A DNA stretch of 39,600 bases from positions 1 through 39,600 of IMG/VR virus record IMGVR_UViG_2563366930_000006; one strand, written 5' to 3'. The position numbers and the translations under genes are program-made. The notes under the pieces are model-generated. The model did no database searches and was not told the origin of the DNA. It worked only from the letters and a program-made list of their open reading frames with translations. This document shows, one piece after another, positions 16,807 through 25,484 of this stretch (position 1 is the first letter of the stretch; the number at the start of each line of letters is the position of its first letter). This DNA is from a virus (lineage: Duplodnaviria; Heunggongvirae; Uroviricota; Caudoviricetes).

Positions 16807-19005
16807 TTACTGCTGTGGTTGTTGCTGAGTTGATTTTTGTAGGATGCTGCTGATGTCCATGCGCTGCGCATGACCCTGTGCCTGACTTTTCAGGACAAGC
16901 TCTGCATCAGCACGGGCATTGTCTCCTTGCTGTTGCTGGAACTGTCCGAGCAGTTTCAGAGCCTCGCGGATATCAGATTTCTGCTGACTATCGGCAGATG
17001 CGAGGATTTTCACAACATTTGCCGCAGCAACCTGAGCATCAGTCTGTGCCTGGAATGCTTTAACCTGAATGGCTGCCTGTTCGTTCTGCGCTTTCTGCAA
17101 TTCAGCCTGACCAGCAAGAAGCTGACCTTGCGCTGCAACCATAGCCGGATCTGGCTGACTGGCCTGTTGTTGTTTCGCCTGCTCAACCATCTGCTGCTCT
17201 TCTGGCGTTCTCGGCTTGATAACTCCAGACAGAAGCAACTGATTGCGGTTGTATTCTTTAAGGTCATCCATCCCTTCGCCGTCCATATTGTCGAGAATCA
17301 TCGACGATACAAGGTCGTGCTTCGGCGTTCCTGGTGGGATAAGTGCCAGCATGGAAAGTAACGACTTAACCGTTGCATCACGGCGAGTAGCGAACGACTG
17401 ACCGACATCGACAGTCACTTCATAGTTACCCTGCGAAAGGTCGTTAAGCGCGATAACCTGCCCTGTCTGACGGTCAACCACTTCACCAGTCATCAGCGCC
17501 ACGTCATCGCTGCCGTCCTCATTAACAATGCGCATTGGCGTATCGCTGCCATAGACTTCACGAGCCATAGAAAGCCACACGACGCCAGCGCGGCGCATGG
17601 ATTTAGCCATGTTGTCCATGTAGATATAGGACTGCGTGTCCATCCGGTTAAAGATGCTATCAACGGTATCGGTAGCGACGTTGCTCGGCATATTCTCAAG
17701 CTGCGACGCACCTGTAATTTGCTGAATAGCCGTTCCGGTGTACTGCAATAGCCCGGCAAGAGCAGGAGGCATTTGTGTCGGAGGTGTATAACTGCTGACC
17801 TGAGCCTGCGCAGTAATATCTCCGTTTTTGTTTTTCAGACTTACCATCGGCAGGAACGCCGGGCGCTTTTTGTTGCGCTCCGCCCAATGATTGGCGAGAG
17901 GACCAGGAATCATGTCAACATCAACTACAGGAATGCCATCACCGCCAGCCTGAGTAGCGTTATCTGCAATCATGGAAACCATCAGGTTCTCAAGACGCTG
18001 TGCATCCATCGCTTTTGCTGCGTGGCCTTCGATTCGCTCCTGATTATCAACAAATGAGCGACGCCCATATACCGGGATGAGTGGAATATGTTCTCCCGGA
18101 ATACGCTTTGGTTCTTCCAGCCATTCAGCGCCAGACAGAAGGCCGCAATAAACGCGGCGTTTCTTCACCGTTCGCTCACCAATCAGTTCGAATGCGCCAT
18201 CGGTTAGCTCGTCGACAACATCTTTGATTTGCTCTTCATCATAGATTGCCGTTTCTCCGCTAACAGGGTTGCGCCACGCCGTGAGCTTCACCTTCTCTAT
18301 GCGAACTTCGTAGTAGCGTCCAACATAGATGGCATCGGGCGTTGACCAGTCATATTGAGTGCCAGTGTCATCACGAGAAAGGCTTGCCGCGATGGAATCA
18401 GGGTATTCAGCCTCGAACGCTTTAGGCGTCATGGAGAACATTTCCATAGCCCACATAGCATCAGAGCGGTCATATTGCTTGCTGTCCTGATCGAAGAAGA
18501 CGCATGTCGCTGGGTCGTAAACAGGAAGAAGGCTGATGCGTCGCTGCTCGTTACTCGGATCCATTTCATCTTCGTAATCAGCACACATGCGGAAACAACC
18601 GAATCCGCCCGTTACAGCATCATCAAATGCGTTATCACACGCTTCGCCACCGGATGTTTCCTGATAATCAGCGCGGAATTTGCCGTTCATCTTTTCGGCT
18701 AACGCTTCCGATGCCTTGTCATCCTTCGGCCTGAATTTAACGCTGATGCGATTCTGCCGATACTCGCCAATGATGCGATCACATTCACGGGAAATCTTAT
18801 TCAGTTCAAAACGCGGATAATGCTCAAACCTGCCTTCATCAAATGAGTAACCAGCGTTTGTGCTGCCTTCCCACTGTGCGCCGGACACCCGGACGAAACG
18901 TTGAGCCTCAATAATCTGCTCACGCATATCCTGCGTTGCTGACCAGGCATTATCAAAGTTGCACAGCACCTTGCGATGCCAGTCAGTCATCTTTTTTTCT
19001 GCCAT
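16807..19005 (-). CDS. Portal protein with long C-terminal helical barrel
   Basis: 732 aa; GEHIPLIPVYG and C-terminal PEEQQMVEQAKQQQASQPDPAMVAAQGQLLAGQAELQKAQN resemble P22 gp1. Confidence 0.9.
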   Translation of the reverse strand: MAEKKMTDWHRKVLCNFDNAWSATQDMREQIIEAQRFVRVSGAQWEGSTNAGYSFDEGRFEHYPRFELNKISRECDRIIGEYRQNRISVKFRPKDDKASEALAEKMNGKFRADYQETSGGEACDNAFDDAVTGGFGCFRMCADYEDEMDPSNEQRRISLLPVYDPATCVFFDQDSKQYDRSDAMWAMEMFSMTPKAFEAEYPDSIAASLSRDDTGTQYDWSTPDAIYVGRYYEVRIEKVKLTAWRNPVSGETAIYDEEQIKDVVDELTDGAFELIGERTVKKRRVYCGLLSGAEWLEEPKRIPGEHIPLIPVYGRRSFVDNQERIEGHAAKAMDAQRLENLMVSMIADNATQAGGDGIPVVDVDMIPGPLANHWAERNKKRPAFLPMVSLKNKNGDITAQAQVSSYTPPTQMPPALAGLLQYTGTAIQQITGASQLENMPSNVATDTVDSIFNRMDTQSYIYMDNMAKSMRRAGVVWLSMAREVYGSDTPMRIVNEDGSDDVALMTGEVVDRQTGQVIALNDLSQGNYEVTVDVGQSFATRRDATVKSLLSMLALIPPGTPKHDLVSSMILDNMDGEGMDDLKEYNRNQLLLSGVIKPRTPEEQQMVEQAKQQQASQPDPAMVAAQGQLLAGQAELQKAQNEQAAIQVKAFQAQTDAQVAAANVVKILASADSQQKSDIREALKLLGQFQQQQGDNARADAELVLKSQAQGHAQRMDISSILQKSTQQQPQQ

Positions 19006-19006
19006 A

Positions 19007-20422
19007 TCAACCTACACCACAAGGAATTGAGTAACTGGAATAGTCGGGTTGCGCAGCCGACTCCGGGCAATGCATACACATCATCAGCGCATCAGCCAGG
19101 TTAGGAGATGGAATACCGAGCTTCTGCTTCATTTCGACCTTAGTCATAAGCTCCAGCTTCCCGTTATTATTGAATTTGCGCTGAATCTGCGTCAGTTCTG
19201 CAAACAGCTTCTCCAGCATCTTCTCGCCTATCGCTTCTTTGTCGAAACTCAGCATGTCGTCGGGGTCTGCATACTCACCGTGGACAACCGCCCGATATGT
19301 CAGATACAGCCTGTCAGCCAGCGCGTAATAGAATTGCGCTCGCTTATTGCGGAATACATCGCCAATAGTGCGAACGTTGTCGCCCTGCACGACTTCATCA
19401 GCCCATGCTCCGGCCTGATATGGTGCATCTTCATCAAATGGCGATTCGCTGCCCTTGAACATCGTAGCGGTGATTTTCTTACCGGAGAATGCTTCCGTTG
19501 TCTGTCTGCGTAGCCCTGCACCAACGCCATCGCCATCCCACAAGTAGTGGTCAGCGCCGTCTTCAATCGCCAGCGAAGTTGCCCAGTCAGCACCTTCATT
19601 GATGTCCATCAGCAGACCTTCGGCAATGCGCTTAACTACCGAACCGTGGCGCGATGCATAACCTTTAGCATCCGGTCCTGTATCTGACGGGTCATGCGCA
19701 GAGACAACAGCGCCTTTCGCTTTCCATCCGAGTTTCTTGTGCGCATCGGTTGCGGCTTCAAGCCATTCACGTTTGATGATTGCCATATCACTTGCGCTTA
19801 CTGGCTCACCAAGCCAGATGTGACGATACAGTGTCGGATTTCTGCGTTTGCACTCTTCCATCTCCAGACGGAGAACTTCAGGAAAGTGCGGGTTGTCGGT
19901 GTAGTTCACCGTCAGCAGGCAAATATCATCGGGAGGATTTACGACGAATCGCTGATAGGTATCGTCGAGGATGTTCTTCGGGTTAAAGCTCACCCATATT
20001 TCAGAGAACGGCTTACGGATGGTTGGGATCAGGATATCCCATGATTCCTTCGTTACCGCTTCCGCTTCTTCCACCCAGCAGATATCAATGCCTTCGAGCG
20101 ATTTAATCTTCGTCGGGTTGTTTTTTATGCCGTAGAACATGAATTCAGCATTCGTTCCGAGATGACGAATCATTGAACGCTGAATTTCAAACTCAGCCGA
20201 ATATCCTTCACGCTCGATGGTGTCTTCAAGCAGCCGGATTACCGAATCGCTGATACTGTTTTGCAGTTCACGAGCGCAGAGAATACGCACAGGCTGCCGA
20301 CGCGCCGCTTCAACAAGCAGTCTCGCAATTGCCCATGATTTACCGCTACCTCGACCGCCTTTGGCGACTTTGTAGCGATGCGCCTCAATGAACGGTTCAA
20401 AGATAGGATTAATCGAGGTCAT
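19007..20422 (-). CDS. Terminase large subunit
   Basis: Walker A-like KGGRGSGKS near the N-terminus; 471 aa; start overlaps the terS stop (ATGA). Confidence 0.9.
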   Translation of the reverse strand: MTSINPIFEPFIEAHRYKVAKGGRGSGKSWAIARLLVEAARRQPVRILCARELQNSISDSVIRLLEDTIEREGYSAEFEIQRSMIRHLGTNAEFMFYGIKNNPTKIKSLEGIDICWVEEAEAVTKESWDILIPTIRKPFSEIWVSFNPKNILDDTYQRFVVNPPDDICLLTVNYTDNPHFPEVLRLEMEECKRRNPTLYRHIWLGEPVSASDMAIIKREWLEAATDAHKKLGWKAKGAVVSAHDPSDTGPDAKGYASRHGSVVKRIAEGLLMDINEGADWATSLAIEDGADHYLWDGDGVGAGLRRQTTEAFSGKKITATMFKGSESPFDEDAPYQAGAWADEVVQGDNVRTIGDVFRNKRAQFYYALADRLYLTYRAVVHGEYADPDDMLSFDKEAIGEKMLEKLFAELTQIQRKFNNNGKLELMTKVEMKQKLGIPSPNLADALMMCMHCPESAAQPDYSSYSIPCGVG

Positions 20423-20946
20423 TTTCCGAATAGAGTGCTCATCGGTGATGTTTCAATCTGGATTGCGCCGCCGTCTTTGCCTGTTAGTTCGTGAGAAGCT
20501 TGTTCTTTAAACGCCTGAACAGAAACATGCTTACCAAGAAGTTCGAGGTTTTTAACCTTATCAGGCCATTTGATTTTCTTCAGGAGTGCGGCGCTATCTG
20601 CGGATGCCATCTCCACGACATCCATTCCTGATAACGTTGTGCGCCATACCTTAGGCCAGTCTTTAATGGGTTTTAGCTCACCGTTTTGCAGGAGAATGTC
20701 AAGCACATCCATCTGGTCGATTTCAATAAGGCGATTAAGTACATATTCTGCATTAATACCAACAAGATCATTGCGTTGTGCTTTCAGTTCGGCGATTCTG
20801 AGTTGTATGTCAGGTTTTGACATGTTTTCGGACGCAGTACGGTTGGCTGTTTTTGCGCTGTACCCCGCCCGAATAGCCGCTTGCGTGGCGTTTAAATCGA
20901 TGAGGTACTCGCGACAGAACATTTCTTGCTTGTCGGTGAGTGCCAT
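20419..20946 (-). CDS. Terminase small subunit
   Basis: N-terminal DKQEMFCREYLIDLNATQAAIRAGYS motif; C-terminus GKDGGAIQIETSPMSTLFGK resembles Sf6-type small terminase. Confidence 0.85.
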   Translation of the reverse strand: MALTDKQEMFCREYLIDLNATQAAIRAGYSAKTANRTASENMSKPDIQLRIAELKAQRNDLVGINAEYVLNRLIEIDQMDVLDILLQNGELKPIKDWPKVWRTTLSGMDVVEMASADSAALLKKIKWPDKVKNLELLGKHVSVQAFKEQASHELTGKDGGAIQIETSPMSTLFGK

Positions 20947-20970
20947 TTAATTACCTTTGGGAGATGCCCA

Positions 20971-21504
20971 ATGAGTTTAGAAAAATTACTAATCAAAAAC
21001 AGAAAGTGCGGTTCATGCTCTGTGTGCTGCACTTCGCTACGAATTGAACAGCCAACGTTAAAAAAGTTGGCTGACATCCCATGCCAGCACCTTAAACATC
21101 AGGGAGGATGTGCAATTTATGATGAACGCCCTTCTGTTTGCCGCACTTGGTATTGCGGATGGCGAATTCTGGATATAGGACCAGAGATGCGTCCTGATCG
21201 GAGTGGAGTTCTAATCCGTTATGATGGATCATCACTCTGCTTTCAACCCGTAGACAAAAACCGCGTATCTGCTTTGATCGAACCAGAGCCTCTGCGAATT
21301 TTGGGTGGCCTGATAGATCAAGGTATGAAAGTGGAAATATCGGTTCCAACAAAGGAAGGGTATTGCTCAGCCAATATTAATGTCACTGAGCATATGTCAG
21401 AGGTTGTAAAAAGCAGAGAGTATGTAAAAATGCGTTCGGCTCTTTTGGCGCTCATTCAATTCGCATCACGAGCAAAGACAGATCCAGTAGAACCGCTGGA
21501 ATGA
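20971..21504 (+). CDS. YkgJ-family CxxCxxCC cysteine-cluster protein (putative Zn/Fe-binding), moron on the strand opposite the late operon
   Basis: CGSCSVCC ... CQHLKHQGGCAIYDERPSVCRTWYC fits the CxxCxxCC domain pattern; GGGAGA RBS before ATG at 20971. Confidence 0.65.
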   Translation: MSLEKLLIKNRKCGSCSVCCTSLRIEQPTLKKLADIPCQHLKHQGGCAIYDERPSVCRTWYCGWRILDIGPEMRPDRSGVLIRYDGSSLCFQPVDKNRVSALIEPEPLRILGGLIDQGMKVEISVPTKEGYCSANINVTEHMSEVVKSREYVKMRSALLALIQFASRAKTDPVEPLE

Positions 21505-21512
21505 TTATTCAG

Positions 21513-21536
21513 GTCGGGTTTAACACCCGGCTTTTT
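21513..21536 (+). terminator. Intrinsic terminator after the YkgJ-like gene
   Basis: 7-bp stem GUCGGGU/ACCCGGC then CUUUUU. Confidence 0.55.
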
Positions 21537-21779
21537 GAAATGGTACTCATTGCATCGCTTAATTTTCTTTAAATGAGAAACGTCCTCTTTCTTAACTGAA
21601 GACATTAATTCTTTATCAGTTCGAACATTCATTTTTTTCCATTGCATGATCTTCGCTAATTTATAATTTGCAGTTCTCCTGCAACGATTTGTTATGTGAT
21701 AGGATATCTCTCTTCGTTTGGCGGTCCATTACTTCAATATCGTGATCATTAAGGTATAGGCTTTGTAATGCCTACATGG

Positions 21780-22259
21780 TTAAATGATTTGCCAGTCTTC
21801 AGCCATCAGGTCGCCAATGGATGGAGCCCATGTAGCAAGGCGGTTCTGTGAGTTTTTCAATACAAGCGTGTCATTGAAAGTTGGCTCGCCAACATATTCG
21901 CCAAAGCCATAACCCAACGCAGACGCTAATTTTTCTCCTTTCACGAGATAAACAAACTGATCTTTCCCATTCCATCCTGCCCGCTGCAAACTTTTGCCCT
22001 GTTTTAACGCTTCCATGGCAAGGCCGAAACTTAGCCCTGATACCGGACGATAAGCCTTTTCGAATACTTCTTTTGGACTCCAGCTAACGTAGCCATCAAA
22101 GCGATCGGTGTTAGGTTTTCCGCCATCCAGATATTCAACCAGATAGCCTTCGTCCTCGCCGTTTTCTCCGGCAGGAAGCTGCCAGCCACGAAAATCGTTA
22201 TATGCCTGTCTCGTCATCGGAAAGGCGTTAATCAGTTTTACGCCAATATGCTGGGTCAT
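21780..22259 (-). CDS. DUF2829-like (Tad2-like) protein with an N-terminal extension of about 75 aa
   Basis: C-terminal half LAMEALKQGKSLQRAGWNGKDQFVYL ... ATWAPSIGDLMAEDWQII matches the DUF2829 pattern; ATG at 22259 favoured, the upstream in-frame start would be TTG. Confidence 0.5.
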   Translation of the reverse strand: MTQHIGVKLINAFPMTRQAYNDFRGWQLPAGENGEDEGYLVEYLDGGKPNTDRFDGYVSWSPKEVFEKAYRPVSGLSFGLAMEALKQGKSLQRAGWNGKDQFVYLVKGEKLASALGYGFGEYVGEPTFNDTLVLKNSQNRLATWAPSIGDLMAEDWQII

Positions 22260-22283
22260 AAAATTACCTATGGAGTTGGGAAT

Positions 22284-22306
22284 AAAAAAACCCCGCGAAT
22301 GCGAGG
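22284..22306 (-). terminator. Intrinsic terminator between Rz and the DUF2829-like gene
   Basis: Minus strand CCUCGC-AUUC-GCGGGG then UUUUUUU. Confidence 0.5.
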
Positions 22307-22481
22307 CTAAATCCTGGTGTTTGTGATGACTGGCTCTTATCTCAACGCAGCCCCTTACCGCGCGCCAGATGCTCAATATCAAGCATCAGCAATGAGATGT
22401 TTAATCTGGATTCACTCCAGAAGTGATCACCACCCTGTCTACAGAGCCAGATGTGAAGGATGATGAGTAAAATTATCGTTA

Positions 22482-22919
22482 TCATCGAAGGCATTGCGCC
22501 CTGATGTACTCCTGCAGGTAGTTAACCTGCGCGGTTATTCTGTCGATTCCACTTCGTAGACGGTAATAATTGAGTTCAGCATCTGCTGTAAGTCTTGGGC
22601 TTTCTCCATCGCCCATGCTGCTGGCTCCGGTCGTTGACTTTGCACAGGTGGCAGCGACTTGCAGGCGCTTACGACCAGCAGAAATATCAGCACGGAGACT
22701 TTCGATAGTCGCGTTAGCATCAGCAAGCTCCTTTGTATATCTGGCATCGAGTTCTGCTACATCACGTTGACGCTTCTGCATATCAGCGATTGTGGATGTG
22801 GCCTTATCGCGCTGCTCTTTGTAGGTAATGGCGTTATCACGGTAATGATTAACAGCCCATGACAGACAGACGATGATGCAGATAACCAGAGCGGAGATAA
22901 TCGCGGTTAACCTGCTCAT
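22482..22919 (-). CDS. Rz: Rz i-spanin
   Basis: N-terminal TM helix [20 protein letters not shown] then coiled-coil periplasmic domain; downstream of the endolysin. Confidence 0.8.
   Translation of the reverse strand: MSRLTAIISALVICIIVCLSWAVNHYRDNAITYKEQRDKATSTIADMQKRQRDVAELDARYTKELADANATIESLRADISAGRKRLQVAATCAKSTTGASSMGDGESPRLTADAELNYYRLRSGIDRITAQVNYLQEYIRAQCLR
22535..22720 (-). CDS. Rz1: Rz1 o-spanin lipoprotein, embedded in Rz in another frame
   Basis: Signal peptide with lipobox LLVVSAC then proline-rich [15 protein letters not shown]; start may be 22747 or 22720. Confidence 0.6.
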   Translation of the reverse strand: MLTRLSKVSVLIFLLVVSACKSLPPVQSQRPEPAAWAMEKAQDLQQMLNSIITVYEVESTE

Positions 22920-23419
22920 TGCTGCCCCCACAAACAGACTTCACGCTCAATATCGCGACGGGTCATCAGCCCTTTCCATTGCTTACCGCCAGCGTATGTC
23001 CAGCGACGCAGCTGGTCACATGCGCCCTTGATATCGCCCTGGTTGATTTTGCGAAGAAGCGTCGATGTTCTGAAATTGCCAGCCCCCACGTTGTAGACGA
23101 ACGAGTAAAGAGCGCCGCGCGTTGTTTCCGGTATATCGACTTTGATGTACGGGTTAATTTGTCTGGCGACCGTGGCAAGGTCTTTGTTCAGGAGAGCTTT
23201 GCATTCTGCTTCGGTATACGTTTTACCGAGCATGATGTCTTTTCCGGTGTGTCCGTGACATACAGTCCATACACCAACAATATCTTTGTATGGTATGTAG
23301 CTGACACCTTCCAGACCATCGTTACCACTTGGTCCAGTGATTAACACAGATGCTATAGCAATAGCCCCGCCACTTATCGCCGCTATTACGCTATTTCGTA
23401 GTGCCGGTGACATTGCCAT
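22916..23419 (-). CDS. SAR endolysin (lysozyme with N-terminal signal-anchor-release domain)
   Basis: Gly/Ala-rich weakly hydrophobic N-terminus [20 protein letters not shown] then lysozyme-like domain, as in P1 Lyz and phage 21 R. Confidence 0.85.
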   Translation of the reverse strand: MAMSPALRNSVIAAISGGAIAIASVLITGPSGNDGLEGVSYIPYKDIVGVWTVCHGHTGKDIMLGKTYTEAECKALLNKDLATVARQINPYIKVDIPETTRGALYSFVYNVGAGNFRTSTLLRKINQGDIKGACDQLRRWTYAGGKQWKGLMTRRDIEREVCLWGQQ

Positions 23420-23594
23420 TCAATCTGTCCTCGCGCTCTTTGCGCTTGTAGTACCAGTTGATGCCAAATGTGCCGACAGTACAAAGAATACCAATGATGA
23501 CAGCCCAGTCATTCAGGGAGAGAATGCCACCCATCGCAGTCAGTCCTCCGAAGCTGTAACTGAACCATTCTCTGATTTTGTCCATACGGTACAT
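23391..23594 (-). CDS. Class II holin, pinholin-like, with dual-start motif MYRM
   Basis: 67 aa, two TM segments, charged C-terminus; Met1 and Met4 separated by Arg; directly upstream of the SAR endolysin. Confidence 0.75.
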   Translation of the reverse strand: MYRMDKIREWFSYSFGGLTAMGGILSLNDWAVIIGILCTVGTFGINWYYKRKEREDRLNGNVTGTTK

Positions 23595-23893
23595 GCTCTA
23601 CCCCTTCATTGAGGGGATTTGCTCTATTTAATTAGGAATAAGGTCGATTACTGATAGAACAAATCCAGGCTACTGTGTTTAGTAATCAGATTTGTTCGTG
23701 ACCGATATGCACGGGCAAAACGGCAGGAGGTTGTTAGCGCAACCTCATGCCACCCGCTTTCACGAAGCCAGCCATTGCGCTGGTTTTCTTTTATGCAAAG
23801 CACACCGCACCGTAGCCACAGCGGATAAGGTGATTATTTTTGTCTGTCTGGTATTTGGTTTGATGTGCTTTCAGAAAGGCCGTGCTTAAAACG

Positions 23894-23925
23894 CAAAAAG
23901 CCCCGAGCTATTAACTCAGGGCTTT
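23894..23925 (-). terminator. tR-prime-like terminator in the late leader
   Basis: Minus strand GCCCUGAG-loop-CUCGGGGC then UUUUUGCGUUUU, about 30-50 nt downstream of the PR-prime -10. Confidence 0.45.
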
Positions 23926-23958
23926 ATTTAACGAGTGCATTTATCCATCGTTGAGTCA

Positions 23959-23987
23959 AATTTACCCAACTTTATTCAATAAGTCAA
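23959..23987 (-). promoter_or_regulatory. Late promoter PR-prime (lambda-type)
   Basis: Minus strand TTGACT, 17 bp, TAAATT downstream of the Q stop; flanking sequence closely matches the lambda PR-prime region as recalled. Confidence 0.55.
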
Positions 23988-24029
23988 TATTATGCCGTTA
24001 ATATGTTGCCATCCGTGGCAATCATGCTG

Positions 24030-24653
24030 CTAACGTGTGACAGCATTCAAAATGTTGTCTGCGATTGACTCTTCTTTGTGGCATTGCACCACCAGAGCGT
24101 CATACAGCGGCTTAACAGTGCGTGACCAGGTGGGTTGAGTAAGGTTTGGGATTAGCATCGTTACAGCGCGATATGCGGCGCTTGCTGGCATCCTTGAATA
24201 ACCGACGCCTTTGCATCTTCCGCACTCTTTCTCAACAACTCTCCCCCACTGCTCCGTTTTGGCTATATCAACCGCACGGCCTGTACCGTGGCAATCTCTG
24301 CATCTTGCGCCCGGCGTCGCGGCACTACGGCAATAATCCGCATAAGCGAATGTTGCGAGCACTTGCAGTACCTTTGTCTTAGTATTTCCTTCAAGCTTTG
24401 CCACACCACGGTATTTCCCCGATACCTTGTGTGCAAATTGCATCAGATAGTTGATAGCCTTTTGTTTGTCGTTCTGGCTGAGTTCATGTTTACCACAGAA
24501 TGCAGCCATTCCGAATCCGGCTTGTGATTGCGCCATCCCCATAGCAGCCATCACATCAGTACCGGAAAGAGAGTCAGAAGCCGTAGCCCGTGGTGAGTCG
24601 CTCATCATCGGGCTTTTTGGCGAATGAAATTTAGCTACACTTTCGAGTCTCAT
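24030..24653 (-). CDS. Q: Late-gene antiterminator Q (lambda type)
   Basis: 207 aa, MRLESVAKFHSPKSPMMSDSPRATASDSLSG ... matches lambda Q as recalled. Confidence 0.9.
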   Translation of the reverse strand: MRLESVAKFHSPKSPMMSDSPRATASDSLSGTDVMAAMGMAQSQAGFGMAAFCGKHELSQNDKQKAINYLMQFAHKVSGKYRGVAKLEGNTKTKVLQVLATFAYADYCRSAATPGARCRDCHGTGRAVDIAKTEQWGRVVEKECGRCKGVGYSRMPASAAYRAVTMLIPNLTQPTWSRTVKPLYDALVVQCHKEESIADNILNAVTR

Positions 24654-24838
24654 GGTCTACCCCTCTTGCCCTGTTTGACCATCAGGACGCCGTTAACTAT
24701 TACGTGACGCTCACCTTTGCTGTCTCGGTTGTACTTGAGCACTGTTCCTCTTGCACAGGAAAGCATCCTCGCCACCTCGGTCTGATTGCCTCGTGTCTGG
24801 ATAAGAAGCTCTGGTATCGTTTGAATTGTGGCGTTCAT
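24650..24838 (-). CDS. ninH: NinH-like small DNA-binding protein
   Basis: 62 aa with HTH-like segment QTEVARMLSCARGTVLKY, immediately upstream of Q. Confidence 0.5.
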   Translation of the reverse strand: MNATIQTIPELLIQTRGNQTEVARMLSCARGTVLKYNRDSKGERHVIVNGVLMVKQGKRGRP

Positions 24839-25197
24839 GCGTTCTCCAGTTCGGTGATTTTTATTCCAAGCCGTCCGCCTGGTACTTTCACACCACGAAT
24901 TACGCTAATGTCATCGAATTGCTCGTCGTCTTCCGCAAATCCGGCGTGGATAAGGGAATCGAGTAAACCTTTCAGGATGTTATCGAGGTCGCGGCGGCGG
25001 TAGTCTGGAACGTCTGCGATGACTTTGATGCGGAGTCGTGATTTGGTGAAAATATCTAACTTGAGTTGGTGGATGATTTGCTGAACGTCTTTTCGGTATT
25101 TCTGGCCTTTATGGCTGATGTAGTATTGGCTTCCCCGTCTTCGCCAGTAGGTATTCACCGACGGCGGGTATGGAAGCACAAACTGATATTCGTTCAT
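24835..25197 (-). CDS. rusA: RusA Holliday-junction resolvase
   Basis: 120 aa; PDYRRRDLDNILKGLLDSLIHAGF matches the RusA catalytic region. Confidence 0.85.
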   Translation of the reverse strand: MNEYQFVLPYPPSVNTYWRRRGSQYYISHKGQKYRKDVQQIIHQLKLDIFTKSRLRIKVIADVPDYRRRDLDNILKGLLDSLIHAGFAEDDEQFDDISVIRGVKVPGGRLGIKITELENA

Positions 25198-25484
25198 GAC
25201 TTAATCTTCCCCTCCTTCAGCAGTATCGCCTGCGTCCTGATTACGCCTTCGAGGTGGTAAAGTCTGGCGTCTTTGTTGTCGAGATTATGGGTGCGTCGGT
25301 CGATTTCATCGTGACACGCGCTACAAGCCCATGCGCCGATCAGGTCGTCAGGTTTCATTCCCGTTCCGCAAATTCCAGCCATCCGGTAATGTGCCAGAAC
25401 TGTAGTTTCAGGATTACCATTGCATACGCCGTAAATACGTACCTGGCATTCTCTGCCGCGCGCTTCTTTGCGTAGGTTAGCCAT
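25194..25484 (-). CDS. YbcO-like (DUF1364) Cys-rich protein
   Basis: 96 aa with Cys cluster, adjacent to rusA as in DLP12-type nin regions. Confidence 0.55.
   Translation of the reverse strand: MANLRKEARGRECQVRIYGVCNGNPETTVLAHYRMAGICGTGMKPDDLIGAWACSACHDEIDRRTHNLDNKDARLYHLEGVIRTQAILLKEGKIKS

Noticed and set aside
21456-21647. 63-aa minus-strand ORF in the convergent intergenic region between the YkgJ-like and DUF2829-like genes
   Set aside because: It runs through the YkgJ terminator hairpin and overlaps the 3' end of the YkgJ-like gene, which has a conserved domain; no convincing RBS. Most likely a chance ORF in AT-rich sequence.
22260-22382. Upstream in-frame extension of the DUF2829-like ORF to 200 aa
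   Set aside because: The extension starts at a TTG and would translate through the Rz terminator hairpin and U-tract; the ATG at 22259 is favoured. Not fully excluded if a relative encodes a roughly 200-aa homolog.
23692-23889. 65-aa plus-strand ORF in the Q-holin intergenic leader
   Set aside because: It lies in the late leader whose sequence matches the non-coding lambda PR-prime to S region, is antisense to late transcription, and has no RBS.
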